NCBI GenBank assembly: GCA_963736005.1
Contig: CAVTNB010000001.1
Coordinates: 192,001 to 256,000, forward strand
Origin: an uncultured Pseudomonadota bacterium
Lineage (GTDB): Bacteria > Vulcanimicrobiota > Vulcanimicrobiia > Eremiobacterales > Eremiobacteraceae
Length of the DNA stretch: 64,000 bases
Direction of reading: 5' to 3'
Shown: piece after piece, positions 1-11,497 of the stretch
Layout of the letters: the number at the start of each line of letters is the position of its first letter
Numbering within the stretch: the first letter of the stretch is position 1
Notes under the pieces: model-generated
Databases searched by the model: none
What the model was told of the DNA's origin: nothing
What the model saw: only the letters and a program-made list of their open reading frames with translations
Position numbers and translations under genes: made by a program

Positions 1-5
1 TCAAG

Positions 6-620
6 GTGTCCGGTTACGGCTCGCTCGTGCAATTCATGGCACCGGGGTTCCTCGGTCTTACGGCGCTGAACACGGCCACCTTTGATGCCGCGTGGGGTTG
101 TTTCGAACGGCGAGTCTTCAACGGAGTATACGAATCGATGGTCACCGCTCCCGTCGATCCGCTTGAAATCGCCGCTGGCGAATATCTCTGGCAGGCGTTC
201 CGGGCGGCGCTGTATGGTTCGCTTTTCCTGGCAGTCATTGCGGGCTTTGGTCTCGTGCATTCCTATTGGGCCCTGTTGTGCCCGCTCGTGTTAGCGCTTA
301 CCGGCATTGTGTGCGCTATCCCCGCGCTGTTTGTTTCGTTCGTGGTGAACACGCAAGAGCACTTGTTCTATTATTTCTCCTTCGTTGCGACTCCGACGGT
401 GATGATCTCGGGCATTTTCTTTCCCTTGGATAAGTTTCCGCATTGGGCTCTTGCCATTGCTTGGATGACGCCGCTCTATCATGCGGTGATCGTGTTTCGA
501 GCGCTTGCCATGGGGACGGTCTCCCCCCAAACGGGCCTCGAGGTGCTCTGGCTTCTTGCAGCGATCGTGCTCCTTGCATTCCTGCCCGTCAGGTCAGTGC
601 GGTCGCGGCTCGGGAATTGA
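6..620 (+). CDS. ABC-2 type transporter permease (NodJ-like), 5'-truncated by the window edge
   Basis: Multi-TM ORF with ABC-2 signatures 'FMAPG', 'SGIFFPLDKFP', 'TPLYHAV'; frame is open to the left edge. Confidence 0.85.
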   Translation: MSGYGSLVQFMAPGFLGLTALNTATFDAAWGCFERRVFNGVYESMVTAPVDPLEIAAGEYLWQAFRAALYGSLFLAVIAGFGLVHSYWALLCPLVLALTGIVCAIPALFVSFVVNTQEHLFYYFSFVATPTVMISGIFFPLDKFPHWALAIAWMTPLYHAVIVFRALAMGTVSPQTGLEVLWLLAAIVLLAFLPVRSVRSRLGN

Positions 621-650
621 AGGTCCGTAGCTACAAGGTCCGCTGCTCCA
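621..650 (-). repeat. Degenerate family-A REP half-sites
   Basis: AAGGTCCGCTGCTCCA matches the reverse complement of the TG(T/G)AGCAGCGGACC REP seen at 2627, 11396, 12948, 36681 and 52387. Confidence 0.6.
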
Positions 651-705
651 TGGGGTGGAAACGACGAAAATCGTTTCGGGCATCCGTGCTTTTACGGAGG
701 CGACA

Positions 706-906
706 ATGCTCGTTTTGACGCGCAAGGTCAATCAAGAGATCATCATCGGCGATGACATTCGAATTACTGTCGTCTCCGTTGGCAGCGATCAAGTCAAGCT
801 TGGAATAACCGCCCCTCGTTCGATTCCCGTTCATCGCTCGGAGATTTATAAAGAACGCCAGACGATCGCTCTGGCAGCTGCCGCAGTCCCCAAGCCGGCC
901 TCTTAG
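706..906 (+). CDS. csrA: Carbon storage regulator CsrA
   Basis: [23 protein letters not shown]...[17 protein letters not shown] is the CsrA signature; GGAGG at 696-700. Confidence 0.97.
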   Translation: MLVLTRKVNQEIIIGDDIRITVVSVGSDQVKLGITAPRSIPVHRSEIYKERQTIALAAAAVPKPAS

Positions 907-909
907 AGG

Positions 910-1578
910 TCAGCGCTCGCCGAGAATTGCCCGAAGCGTCGAAAGCAACGCGACTGCGGCTTCGTCGCGTTCGCGCCGAAGCTGCTCGTCAAGCGCCGCG
1001 CCCGGTCGCACCTGCCACGCGCAAGCAAGCGCACTATGCCGATACGCGGCAAGCACGCTGTTGAGTGCTTGTTGCGTGGGCACGGTGGCTCCGGTTATCC
1101 GCTGCGGCAAACAGAGCGCGCTCACGATTCTGGGAAGTGCACTTTCGAACTCGCCGCTCGCGATTGCATCGCACAAAGATAGGTCAGCCGGCGAAAGGGT
1201 CGCTTCAAGAGCCGCTCCTTGGCCCCCTAAGGATTGCGTCCGTCCGACAACATCTTTGGTGGGTGGAAAGAGTCGTGCTGCGATCGCGCGGGAAGCGTCA
1301 TCTGCCGGATAGCACGCGAGTGCTACCTGCAAGGAATCGTGGTCGATAGGTCCGCTCCAGCCGATGTGGCCAAGGTGCACGTCTTCGATTGGTCGCCACA
1401 AAACCGCGCCACCGAAGCCGGTGCTCGAAGGGGCACCAACCTCGCTCTCCACAAGTTCGTCGTCGTCGCTGGTGAGAATTTCGTCAGTTATCCGCTCGTC
1501 AAATGGCACGCTCGAGCTCTTGCGTCGTGCAGCCAGGAGCAGCATGTCAGCGGGGAGGTTGCGACGTCGTTGGTTCAC
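910..1578 (-). CDS. Hypothetical protein
   Basis: Fills the gap between csrA and the ATPase; GTG start overlaps the ATPase stop (GTGA); no recognised motif. Confidence 0.65.
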   Translation of the reverse strand: MNQRRRNLPADMLLLAARRKSSSVPFDERITDEILTSDDDELVESEVGAPSSTGFGGAVLWRPIEDVHLGHIGWSGPIDHDSLQVALACYPADDASRAIAARLFPPTKDVVGRTQSLGGQGAALEATLSPADLSLCDAIASGEFESALPRIVSALCLPQRITGATVPTQQALNSVLAAYRHSALACAWQVRPGAALDEQLRRERDEAAVALLSTLRAILGER

Positions 1579-2486
1579 GATGCACGCCTCCACCATTGCC
1601 ACCACGGTGGCGCAGCCATTGCAGTCGTGCGCGGGGCAACCGACACGTGGGATGGGCTCGCCGGTACGACTCTTGCCTGCGCTGCATCGACGTCCACCAG
1701 TGTGACCGCGCGCTGCGAGCGCTCGGCCGCCACTTCTAACGCCTCACGGGCTAACGTGATGAGACGACGGGGGACGCCTTTGCTTTGCAGCCACAGTGCA
1801 TGGAGCGCATCATCGTCAAATGGGGAGCGCCCTCCGGCATAACCTGCCTGCCTCAACCGATGCTCGATCAAACCCGTCGATTCTGATTCACGCAGCGGTG
1901 CAAGCTCGAGCCAGAAAGCCACGCGATCGGAAAAGTTCGGTCGCCGCAGGATTGCGTCCGCGAGTTCCAGCTGACCGGAGAGGGCGATCGCAAGCAGCTT
2001 GCGTTCGTCAAGCTGGTAGTTCAAAAGAGAGCGAAGCGTCTCGAGCATCGATTCGGGAAGCAGCTGTGCTTCGTCGATCAGCAGGATAGGCTGTTTGTGC
2101 GATGCGGCATCGAACAACGAGCGCTTCAGCGACTCTTTCATGTCGCGCAGCGACGCGTCTGGATCGAACTCAAAGCCAAAGCAGTCAGCGATGGTCGTGA
2201 GCAGCTCCGCTTCGCTCGCAAACGTGGGATCGAGGATCAAGCCAACGAGATTGCGCTCGTCAGCGTACAGCTCACTTGCTGCCGCGTTAAAGAGCGTGGT
2301 CTTCCCCGCGCCGATAGCTCCAACGACGACCGCCAGGCCGCGACCGCTGCCAAGACACTCAACAAGGCGCCTGCGCCCGTGTGCGCCTGGCATCGTATCG
2401 TAAAAGAACGCGGGATCCGCCGTATCCAAGAAGGGCTCACGCGAAAGCCCAAAGGTTTCGAGGAACATCGCAATCGCCGGGTTCAA
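1575..2486 (-). CDS. ExeA/GspA-family AAA ATPase
   Basis: 'FGLSREPF' N-terminus, Walker A GAIGAGKT, Walker B LLIDEAQ, 'GQ.EL', 'S.GVPR.I'. Confidence 0.9.
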   Translation of the reverse strand: MNPAIAMFLETFGLSREPFLDTADPAFFYDTMPGAHGRRRLVECLGSGRGLAVVVGAIGAGKTTLFNAAASELYADERNLVGLILDPTFASEAELLTTIADCFGFEFDPDASLRDMKESLKRSLFDAASHKQPILLIDEAQLLPESMLETLRSLLNYQLDERKLLAIALSGQLELADAILRRPNFSDRVAFWLELAPLRESESTGLIEHRLRQAGYAGGRSPFDDDALHALWLQSKGVPRRLITLAREALEVAAERSQRAVTLVDVDAAQARVVPASPSHVSVAPRTTAMAAPPWWQWWRRAS

Positions 2487-2523
2487 GCGCCCCTCTGGCG
2501 CCCCCTGGAACGGTTCAATGGAA

Positions 2524-2553
2524 TTGCACGCCCAGGCGGCACCATGGTATAAT
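2524..2553 (+). promoter_or_regulatory. Sigma70-type promoter of the rpsB operon
   Basis: TTGCAC-N18-TATAAT with extended -10 (TGnTATAAT). Confidence 0.7.
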
Positions 2554-2626
2554 GTTGGAGCGCAAGTTTAGGGCAATTCGGCGCAGGCGGAGGCGGTGCT
2601 TCCGCCCTCTGTGTGTCAAGCGGACG

Positions 2627-2652
2627 AGCGGACCTAAAGGTCCGCTGCTACA
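2627..2652 (-). repeat. Family-A REP (TGTAGCAGCGGACCTTTAGGTCCGCT)
   Basis: GTAG followed by an AGCGGACC/GGTCCGCT hairpin; several copies in the window. Confidence 0.85.
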
Positions 2653-2718
2653 TCTCCGATGACGCACGCGGCCCTAGTAATGCAGCAAGCCTGTGGGCTT
2701 CGCTGCAGAAAGGCAAAC

Positions 2719-3492
2719 ATGGCAACGTCAAGCTCCATCATTTCGATGAAGCAGCTCCTCGAAGCTGGGGTGCACTTCGGTCACCAGACTCGTCGTTGGA
2801 ATCCAAAGATGGCGCGCTACATCTTTCAAGAGCGCAACGGCATCTACATCATCGATCTCCAGAAAACCGTCATTAAGCTCCGTGAAGTGTATGAGGCCGT
2901 CAAAGAATTGTCGCGTCGCGGCAAGATTTTCTTATTCGTCGGCACCAAGAAGCAAGCGCAAGAGGTCGTTCGCGAAGAGGCCGAGCGCTGTGGCATGTTT
3001 TTTGTCAATCAACGCTGGCTCGGCGGCACGCTCACAAACTTTCAAACCATGCAAAAACGCATTGCGCGTTTGCGCGAGCTCGAGCGCCAGCGCGACACCG
3101 GCGTGTTCGACGCGCTCACGAAGAAAGAAGTCAGCAAGCTTGAAGACGAGCTGGCACGTCTCGAGCGTTTCCTCGGCGGCATCAAAGACATGCCCCGGTT
3201 GCCCGATGCGATCTACATTGTGGATCCGCGCAAAGAGCGCATTGCGGTTTTGGAAGCGCGCAAGCTCAAGATCCCGATCGTCGCCGTTATCGACACGAAT
3301 TGCGACCCCGACGAAATCGATTTTCCCATTCCCGGCAACGACGACGCGATTCGCGCAGTCAAACTCATGACCGGGAAGATTGCCGACGCAATCATCGAGG
3401 GTCGAACCGAAGCGCAATCCGGAGTCGAGGCAGATCGATCGGCAGCGCCGGAAGCGGCGAGCGAAGAGCCGACGCAAGCGGCGGGATTGTAG
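2719..3492 (+). CDS. rpsB: 30S ribosomal protein S2
   Basis: '[19 protein letters not shown]', 'RWLGGTLTN', '[10 protein letters not shown]'. Confidence 0.99.
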   Translation: MATSSSIISMKQLLEAGVHFGHQTRRWNPKMARYIFQERNGIYIIDLQKTVIKLREVYEAVKELSRRGKIFLFVGTKKQAQEVVREEAERCGMFFVNQRWLGGTLTNFQTMQKRIARLRELERQRDTGVFDALTKKEVSKLEDELARLERFLGGIKDMPRLPDAIYIVDPRKERIAVLEARKLKIPIVAVIDTNCDPDEIDFPIPGNDDAIRAVKLMTGKIADAIIEGRTEAQSGVEADRSAAPEAASEEPTQAAGL

Positions 3493-3513
3493 CGGGCGAC
3501 TGTAAAGTCGCCC
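3488..3513 (+). repeat. Family-C REP (TGTAGCGGGCGACTGTAAAGTCGCCC)
   Basis: GTAG plus GGGCGAC/GTCGCCC hairpin; related copies near 35826 and 12981. Confidence 0.7.
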
Positions 3514-3563
3514 AGAGATGTCACAGGGAACAGTAGTCTCGCGAGGAAACGGAACACTCTGAA

Positions 3564-5413
<1,850 letters not shown>

Positions 5414-5417
<4 letters not shown>

Positions 5418-5626
5418 GCGTGCCCGACCTGGGCCAAGAAGAACTCCTCCTGCTTCCGTATACCCGTGCCATTGAAGCGCTTGCCGGGCGCAACGTCACG
5501 CTGCGGGTGGTCGCTCCGCCATACGCTGCGCTTGGTCGCGGCGCGCTGCACATCGTGCGCGTGACCCACGATGCAGACGCCGTTCTTCTCGAAGCAACCT
5601 ACGACGACTACGAACGGTTGCCATGA
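5414..5626 (+). CDS. Small hypothetical protein
   Basis: 70-aa ORF overlapping both the frr stop and the cdsA start by 4 nt. Confidence 0.7.
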
Positions 5627-6474
5627 ATTCCGCCGGCACCCTCGAAAAAATCCCGACCGCCGAACGCTTCCGTCGCGAATTGACTGGCAAGCGCGTCGCC
5701 ATTGGAATTATTGTGGCGGTTGCTGGCATCGGATCAATTTTCAATCAGTATACGTTTGCAATCGTCATCGCAGCGATCACGCTGATCGGTTCGGTTGAGT
5801 TCTCGAACCTCGCCCGCCGAGCGGGTTGGCAGGTCTCCTTGCCGATTGCCCTGGCCGCGTGCGCTGCGTATCCTACTCTCGCCTTCTTTGGGCTCTTGGG
5901 CCGTTACGAATCCGCGCTCGTTGTGGGCATCGTCTTGGCGTCGTTTGTTGCCGCGCTGCCGGCAAACTCAAGCCTCTTTGATGGTCGCGTCGCAATGACG
6001 GTCCTTGGCTCCCTGTATCTCGGCAAGCTGCTCTCATACATGATTCTCTTGCGCGCCCTGCCGCACGGAGCGCGGCTCGTGCTCTGGCTTGTGATCATCG
6101 TGGTGCTGACAGACACGGTCGGTATGATTGCCGGTCTCGGCTTTGGACACCGTCCGCTTGCGCCGCGGCTTTCACCCGGTAAGAGTTGGGAGGGCGCCAT
6201 CGCCGCTCTTGTGGTGGCGAGCCTCGCGGGTTTTGCGTTGTGGTGGCCGCTCGGCGTGCCTGGTCCGTGGTGGATTGCGCTCGCCTTTCCGTTGTGCGTG
6301 TCAGTGGGCGCAGAATTTGGGGATCTCGTCGAGTCAGCAATCAAACGCAACGCCCAGGTGAAAGACTCCGGCCACGTGTTCGCTGGGCACGGCGGTGTGC
6401 TCGATCGGTTCGATTCCTACATCTTCGCTGGCGTCATCGGATACGCTCTGCTGCTGTTTGCCGGGGTGCGCTAA
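5623..6474 (+). CDS. cdsA: Phosphatidate cytidylyltransferase
   Basis: 'LSPGKSWEG', 'GDLVESAIKR...KDSG...GHGGVLDRFDS'. Confidence 0.97.
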   Translation: MNSAGTLEKIPTAERFRRELTGKRVAIGIIVAVAGIGSIFNQYTFAIVIAAITLIGSVEFSNLARRAGWQVSLPIALAACAAYPTLAFFGLLGRYESALVVGIVLASFVAALPANSSLFDGRVAMTVLGSLYLGKLLSYMILLRALPHGARLVLWLVIIVVLTDTVGMIAGLGFGHRPLAPRLSPGKSWEGAIAALVVASLAGFALWWPLGVPGPWWIALAFPLCVSVGAEFGDLVESAIKRNAQVKDSGHVFAGHGGVLDRFDSYIFAGVIGYALLLFAGVR

Positions 6475-6482
6475 CTCCTCTC

Positions 6483-7667
6483 GTGTTGCGCCGCGTTGCG
6501 ATTTTAGGTTCCACGGGATCGATAGGCCGCCAAGCGCTGCAGGTTATCGCGGCGCACCCCGATCGCTTTTTGGTTGTCTCACTCGCCGCCGGGTCGAACG
6601 TAGAACTGTTGGCCGAACAAGCGAACGCGCTTCGGCCCAAAGTGCTCTCGATTGCGGACGAATCCCGTTGCGGAGTGCTCGCCCAAAAGCTCTCCTATGC
6701 GCCAGAGAGCATCTGCTCTGGAGAAGAAGGTCTGGTCCAAGCCGCGACGGACGCTGGAGCGGATATCGTTGTTGCGGCGACCGATGGAATGGCGTCGCTG
6801 CGTGCGGTTTTCGAAAGCATCAGTCGGGGCTTGCACGTGGCACTGGCCAATAAGGAGCTGCTCGTGGGTGCCGGGCGGACGCTCTGCGCGCTGGCCCGCT
6901 CGACTGGCGCGCGTCTTCTTCCGGTAGACTCCGAACACAGCGCGCTGTTTCAGTGCTTGCTTGGCGAACATAGTGAAGATGTCGCCTCGGTGGTCCTGAC
7001 AGCGAGCGGCGGTCCATTTTGGACGTGGTCGCTCGAAGAGATGGAACGGGCAACCCCGGAGCTTGCGCTTCGCCATCCAATCTGGGCGATGGGGCAAAAG
7101 AACACCATAGATTCTGCGACCCTCATGAACAAGGGTTTAGAAGTCATCGAGGCGAGCTATCTTTTTCACCTTCCACCTTCGAAAATCGAAGTCGTCGTGC
7201 ATCGCCAGAGCATCGTGCACGGATTCGTCATCTTTGCCGACGGCAACGTGAAAGCGCAACTCGCGGCGCCCGACATGCGTCTGCCAATCGGATTTGCGCT
7301 GGCCTACCCAGAGCGGCTTCCAGCTCCATTCGCACAAAGAGAGACGAAAGCAGCAATCGGAATGGAAGGGAAAAGCTCGACGCTCTCGTTCGAGCCAGTT
7401 GACGGGCGTCGCTTTCCATCCTTGCAGCTTGCCTATCGCGCGCTGCAGCTCGGAGGAACCTACCCGGCGGTGCTCTCAGCGGCAAACGAGGAAGCAGGAC
7501 GCGCGTTCCTGCAAGGGCAAATCAAGTTTACGGAAATCTGCTCAATCGTCGAGAGCGCGCTCGCCGCGCACGTTGCGACGAGTGACGGGCTTGACGAAGT
7601 GAAAGCAGCGGACAGCTTCGGCCGCGCGTTCGCACGGCAGGCCTTGGGCGACGCAGCTCGGCGCTAG
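6483..7667 (+). CDS. dxr: 1-deoxy-D-xylulose 5-phosphate reductoisomerase
   Basis: 'ILGSTGSIG', 'LANKE', 'PVDSEHSA', 'IDSATLMNKGLEVIEA'; start trimmed from the longer ORF. Confidence 0.97.
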   Translation: MLRRVAILGSTGSIGRQALQVIAAHPDRFLVVSLAAGSNVELLAEQANALRPKVLSIADESRCGVLAQKLSYAPESICSGEEGLVQAATDAGADIVVAATDGMASLRAVFESISRGLHVALANKELLVGAGRTLCALARSTGARLLPVDSEHSALFQCLLGEHSEDVASVVLTASGGPFWTWSLEEMERATPELALRHPIWAMGQKNTIDSATLMNKGLEVIEASYLFHLPPSKIEVVVHRQSIVHGFVIFADGNVKAQLAAPDMRLPIGFALAYPERLPAPFAQRETKAAIGMEGKSSTLSFEPVDGRRFPSLQLAYRALQLGGTYPAVLSAANEEAGRAFLQGQIKFTEICSIVESALAAHVATSDGLDEVKAADSFGRAFARQALGDAARR

Positions 7668-7707
7668 GGAGAGGAAGCAAGAGCGGGGGTCACCCCCCGT
7701 ACGAAAA

Positions 7708-8808
7708 ATGGTCGACAGCTTGGTCTTGGGCGCGGTGCTCTTGTCGGTTTCCCTTGCGGGCATCGGCAACTTTGTCATCTATCTTGCGTTGCTCTCAGCG
7801 CTGATCATCTTCCACGAGTTCGGTCACTTTGTTTTTGCGAAGCGCGCAGGCGTCACCGTCACTGATTTTGCCATCGGTTTCGGGCCGTCGCTTGTGGCCG
7901 TGCGGCGCGGCGACACAACCTATCGCGTCAACGTGCTGCCGCTGGGCGGCTACTGCAAGATGCTCGGCGAGGATACCGAGGGCGCTTCAAACGATCCGGG
8001 GAATTTCAACCACAAGAGTCTCGGCGCGCGCTTTCTCATCATTGCCGCAGGCCCGATATTTAACTTGCTGCTGGCAGCCGCGATATTCGCCGGTCTGGGC
8101 GCCACGGTCGGCGTTCAAGTTGGACCGACCACGATGGTGGCTTCGGTGAAAGCAGGGTCGGCCGCGGCCGAGGCAGGTCTGCGCCCCGGCGATCAGATCC
8201 TCGCGCTTGACGGCACGCGCGTGAGCAGCGGCAGCGACATGATTTCGTACATCCGCGCGCATGGGGGCAAGACGCTCCAGGTTGACGTTCTGCGAACCGG
8301 CGCGCGCCTGCACTTGCGCATCGAAGACAAAGCGCAAATCATCAACGGTCAACTTGCCGGAGCCCTCGGGTTTTACGCGCAGGAAGCCACCGAGCGAAAG
8401 CCGCTGTTGGCAGCGGTTGCGTACGGTTTCAACCAAGTTGGTGCGACGGCCGCGGGGCAGTTTGTCGGCATTGTCGACGCCATTCGAAATCGCGACGCAT
8501 CTGTCATTAGCGGACCCGTCGGCATTGCCCACGTGGTCATGGGCGCCGCAGCACTTGGCGCTCCTGTGGTGCTCCAAATTGGCGCGGTCATTTCCGTTGT
8601 GCTGGGTCTGATTAACCTGCTGCCGTTTCCAGCACTAGACGGTGGGCGACTCGCTTTCCTCGTTATTGAACTCGCGCGCGGGCGGCCGATCAATCCGGAG
8701 CGCGAGGGCCTCGTGCATCTTGCCGGCTTTGCGCTGCTGATGGTGCTCGTTGCGTTCGTCACCTACCACGACATCGTGCAGTGGGTTCACGGCAAAGGTG
8801 GGCTATGA
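7708..8808 (+). CDS. rseP: RIP metalloprotease RseP (M50, PDZ)
   Basis: HEFGH zinc motif, 'LPLGGYCKM', PDZ 'AGLRPGD', 'NLLPFPALDGG'. Confidence 0.95.
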   Translation: MVDSLVLGAVLLSVSLAGIGNFVIYLALLSALIIFHEFGHFVFAKRAGVTVTDFAIGFGPSLVAVRRGDTTYRVNVLPLGGYCKMLGEDTEGASNDPGNFNHKSLGARFLIIAAGPIFNLLLAAAIFAGLGATVGVQVGPTTMVASVKAGSAAAEAGLRPGDQILALDGTRVSSGSDMISYIRAHGGKTLQVDVLRTGARLHLRIEDKAQIINGQLAGALGFYAQEATERKPLLAAVAYGFNQVGATAAGQFVGIVDAIRNRDASVISGPVGIAHVVMGAAALGAPVVLQIGAVISVVLGLINLLPFPALDGGRLAFLVIELARGRPINPEREGLVHLAGFALLMVLVAFVTYHDIVQWVHGKGGL

Positions 8809-9956
8809 GCGCGCGACAAGAACTCCCACCCGTACCGCAGTGGTCGGGGATCCAAGAACGTCATCCGCAAGCTCCTCCACTTGCTGCGCGGCGCCGTTCG
8901 CGCCCGGTCAAAGTTGGGAACTTGACCATCGGGGGCGATGCGCCTATCTCCGTTCAATCAATGACGACGACAAAAACGGACGACTGGGCGGCAACGCTGG
9001 AGCAAATTCACCAGCTGGCCGCCGCGGGTTGCGAGATCGCGCGAGTATCCGTGCCGGATGCAAAAGCGGCTGCGGCTTGCAAGAAGATCAAAGAAGGCTC
9101 GCCGCTACCTTTGGTCGCGGATATCCATTTCGATCATCGATTCGCGCTTGCTGCAATCGAGGCTGGCTGGGACAAACTGCGGTTGAACCCGGGCAACATT
9201 CGAGACGAGCGAAAAGTTCGAGAGGTCGTCGAAGCCGCCAAGGCCCAAAAGATGCCGATCCGTATCGGGGTCAACAATGGCTCGCTTGCGCCAGACATCG
9301 TCCAGCGTTTCGGTCACACGCCGGAGGGCATGGTCGAATCAGGTCTGCGGCACCTTCGCATTCTCGAGGATTTGGATTTTCGAGACATCGTCGTCTCCCT
9401 CAAGGCGCACGACGTGCGCACGACGGTCGCCGCGTATCGCCTCATGGCCACGAAAGTCGACTATCCATTTCATCTCGGCATTACCGAAGCAGGAACGCTG
9501 CGCAGCGGAACCGTGAAGAGCTCCGTCGGCTTGGGGATCTTGCTTGCGCAAGGTATCGGCGACACGATTCGCGTCTCGCTAACTGCCGATCCCGTCGAAG
9601 AAGTCCCCGTCTGCTGGGAGCTGTTGAAGTCGCTTGGCCTGCGAGAACGGGGCGTCGAAATCACGTCGTGTCCTTCGTGCGGTCGCGTGCAAATCGACAT
9701 CGTGAAGCTCGCCGAACAAGTCGAGGCGATCACAGCGGAATATCGGGCGCCGGTGAAAGTCGCGGTTATGGGGTGCGCGGTCAATGGTCCAGGCGAAGCA
9801 TCCATGGCTGACGTCGGCATCGCCGGAGGCAAAAGTATGGGTCTTTTATACCGCGACGGTGTGATGGTGCGCTCGCTTCCTGAAGCCCAGCTGCTCGACG
9901 GTCTGCGGGAAGAGATCGAAAAAGTCATTGCCGAGCGATATCCCGAGTATCGCTAA
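8805..9956 (+). CDS. ispG: HMBPP synthase (4-hydroxy-3-methylbut-2-enyl diphosphate synthase)
   Basis: 'VQSMT', 'ADIHF', 'RLNPGN', 'SCPSCGR', 'MGCAVNGPGEA'. Confidence 0.98.
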   Translation: MSARQELPPVPQWSGIQERHPQAPPLAARRRSRPVKVGNLTIGGDAPISVQSMTTTKTDDWAATLEQIHQLAAAGCEIARVSVPDAKAAAACKKIKEGSPLPLVADIHFDHRFALAAIEAGWDKLRLNPGNIRDERKVREVVEAAKAQKMPIRIGVNNGSLAPDIVQRFGHTPEGMVESGLRHLRILEDLDFRDIVVSLKAHDVRTTVAAYRLMATKVDYPFHLGITEAGTLRSGTVKSSVGLGILLAQGIGDTIRVSLTADPVEEVPVCWELLKSLGLRERGVEITSCPSCGRVQIDIVKLAEQVEAITAEYRAPVKVAVMGCAVNGPGEASMADVGIAGGKSMGLLYRDGVMVRSLPEAQLLDGLREEIEKVIAERYPEYR

Positions 9957-11394
9957 ACCCATTCGCGCTCCCGCGTTGTTGGGAGCGGTTCTCCTGGGTG
10001 CAACGGTGTTGCGCGTGGCTGCTGCGCTGCGCCGGCCATTGCAAGTGGATGAGGGGTACTCGCTGCATCTCGCGGCATTGCCGATCAACCAGGGGTTAAG
10101 CGCTGTCGCAACTCTGGACGTGCATCCCCCGCTTTTTTTGTTGGTCACCCACGCGCTGCACAGCGTGGGCGTCTCAGATATTGGAATGCGACTCATCATG
10201 GCGGCGCTGGGCGTTGCGTCCGTGGGGATGTTCTACGGCATCGTGCGGGCATGGCACGGAGAGCACGTCGCGCTCATTGCGGCAGCGTTTGCGGCGTTCA
10301 TGCCCAGTCTTATCTTCTACGACACCATGATTCGCATGTACGCGCCGTTTGATGCCTTTGCGGTCGCGACATTTCTTTTGCTCTCCTTCCTTTATACACG
10401 TGAGGATTTGACCGTCGCGCAGCGGCGAGCATTGTGGTGCGGCTGGGCCCTTGCGTGCGGCGCCATGATCCAGACGCTCTACTTAGGGTTTTTCGTCATT
10501 GCGGCGCAGCTGGGGTATGCTGCGTTCGTGCGCCGCGATGGACTCGTGCGCTCGCTCGTCGGTGCGGCGATCGCTTGCCTCGCTTGGTTGCCGCAGCTGC
10601 CGACGTTCTTGAACCAGTTGCCTCGCGGTGGTCTGGCCTTCCCCTTTTACGCACAGCATCAGCTAGCCGCATTGTTCGAACTGCCCGGGCAGGCGACGAT
10701 TGCTGTGCAAACCCACGGTGCGGGTCTCGTCGTGGTCCTGGCGAGCCTCTTTGCGTGGGCTTGGATCGCGATCTCGGTTGCTGTCGGCCTGCGGGGCAAT
10801 GCAGCTTCACTGGCGATATGGATGGGAGTCCCCGCGCTCCTCACGCTCGCCTATAGCGCGATCGCGCATAAATTGCTCTACACGGACAGATACTATCTGC
10901 TCTTTGCGTATGCGCTGTGCGCACTCACTGCGGTTGCGCTGGTACGGGCCACCGCGAGACGGACCAACCTTGGCTGGGCGTGCGGCGTTGTCGCAGGCGC
11001 AACCGTAGGCGTGCTGGGTTGCGCGTATGCGTTTGACGATCGCTTGTACACGGCAGACTGGCCACACATCGCGCAGTTGCTCGGCGAGCGAACACAGCCC
11101 CGCGACCTGATCGTTATGGAGCAAGGCTCACCGTTCTTTGTACTCGAGCGCGGGCCGCAGCTCGGCCGCCATCCGCTGATTTTAGTGTTTCATCGCGGCC
11201 AGGTCGCTCCGACCCTCAACCTTGTGAAACCCTTTCGGAGCGTGTGGCTGCTGCTTTTCCAATCCGGGCCGGTCGATCCAAACGCCGACTTGGTCGTCGG
11301 CTTCGAAAAGCGATATCGGGTAGCTGGCCTTTGGGCCTTCGAGCGATGGCTGCCAGCCGAGAACGCCACCGTGGTACTTTTCGTACAGAAGTGA
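9928..11394 (+). CDS. GT-C fold glycosyltransferase (ArnT/PMT-like)
   Basis: DE motif after TM1, 'DVHPPLF', 'RMYA', many TMs and a soluble C-terminal domain. Confidence 0.85.
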   Translation: MPSDIPSIAKPIRAPALLGAVLLGATVLRVAAALRRPLQVDEGYSLHLAALPINQGLSAVATLDVHPPLFLLVTHALHSVGVSDIGMRLIMAALGVASVGMFYGIVRAWHGEHVALIAAAFAAFMPSLIFYDTMIRMYAPFDAFAVATFLLLSFLYTREDLTVAQRRALWCGWALACGAMIQTLYLGFFVIAAQLGYAAFVRRDGLVRSLVGAAIACLAWLPQLPTFLNQLPRGGLAFPFYAQHQLAALFELPGQATIAVQTHGAGLVVVLASLFAWAWIAISVAVGLRGNAASLAIWMGVPALLTLAYSAIAHKLLYTDRYYLLFAYALCALTAVALVRATARRTNLGWACGVVAGATVGVLGCAYAFDDRLYTADWPHIAQLLGERTQPRDLIVMEQGSPFFVLERGPQLGRHPLILVFHRGQVAPTLNLVKPFRSVWLLLFQSGPVDPNADLVVGFEKRYRVAGLWAFERWLPAENATVVLFVQK

Positions 11395-11395
11395 A

Positions 11396-11440
11396 TGGAG
11401 CAGCGGACCTTTAGGTCCGCTTTCGCGAATTTATTCGCGA
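11396..11440 (+). repeat. Adjacent family-A and family-B REP hairpins
   Basis: GCAGCGGACCTTTAGGTCCGC followed by TCGCGAATTTATTCGCGA. Confidence 0.85.
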
Positions 11441-11497
11441 CCCTGAGGGCCAAGAAGGACCCAGGGTTTTGACGCCGTCGGCAAGGAAAGCGGCAGC

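Noticed and set aside
6186..6482. N-terminal extensions in the ORF track for dxr, pyrH, the Crp gene, pilin 3 and the 17024 glycosyltransferase
   Set aside because: They overlap upstream genes, and family similarity begins only at the downstream start codons used here
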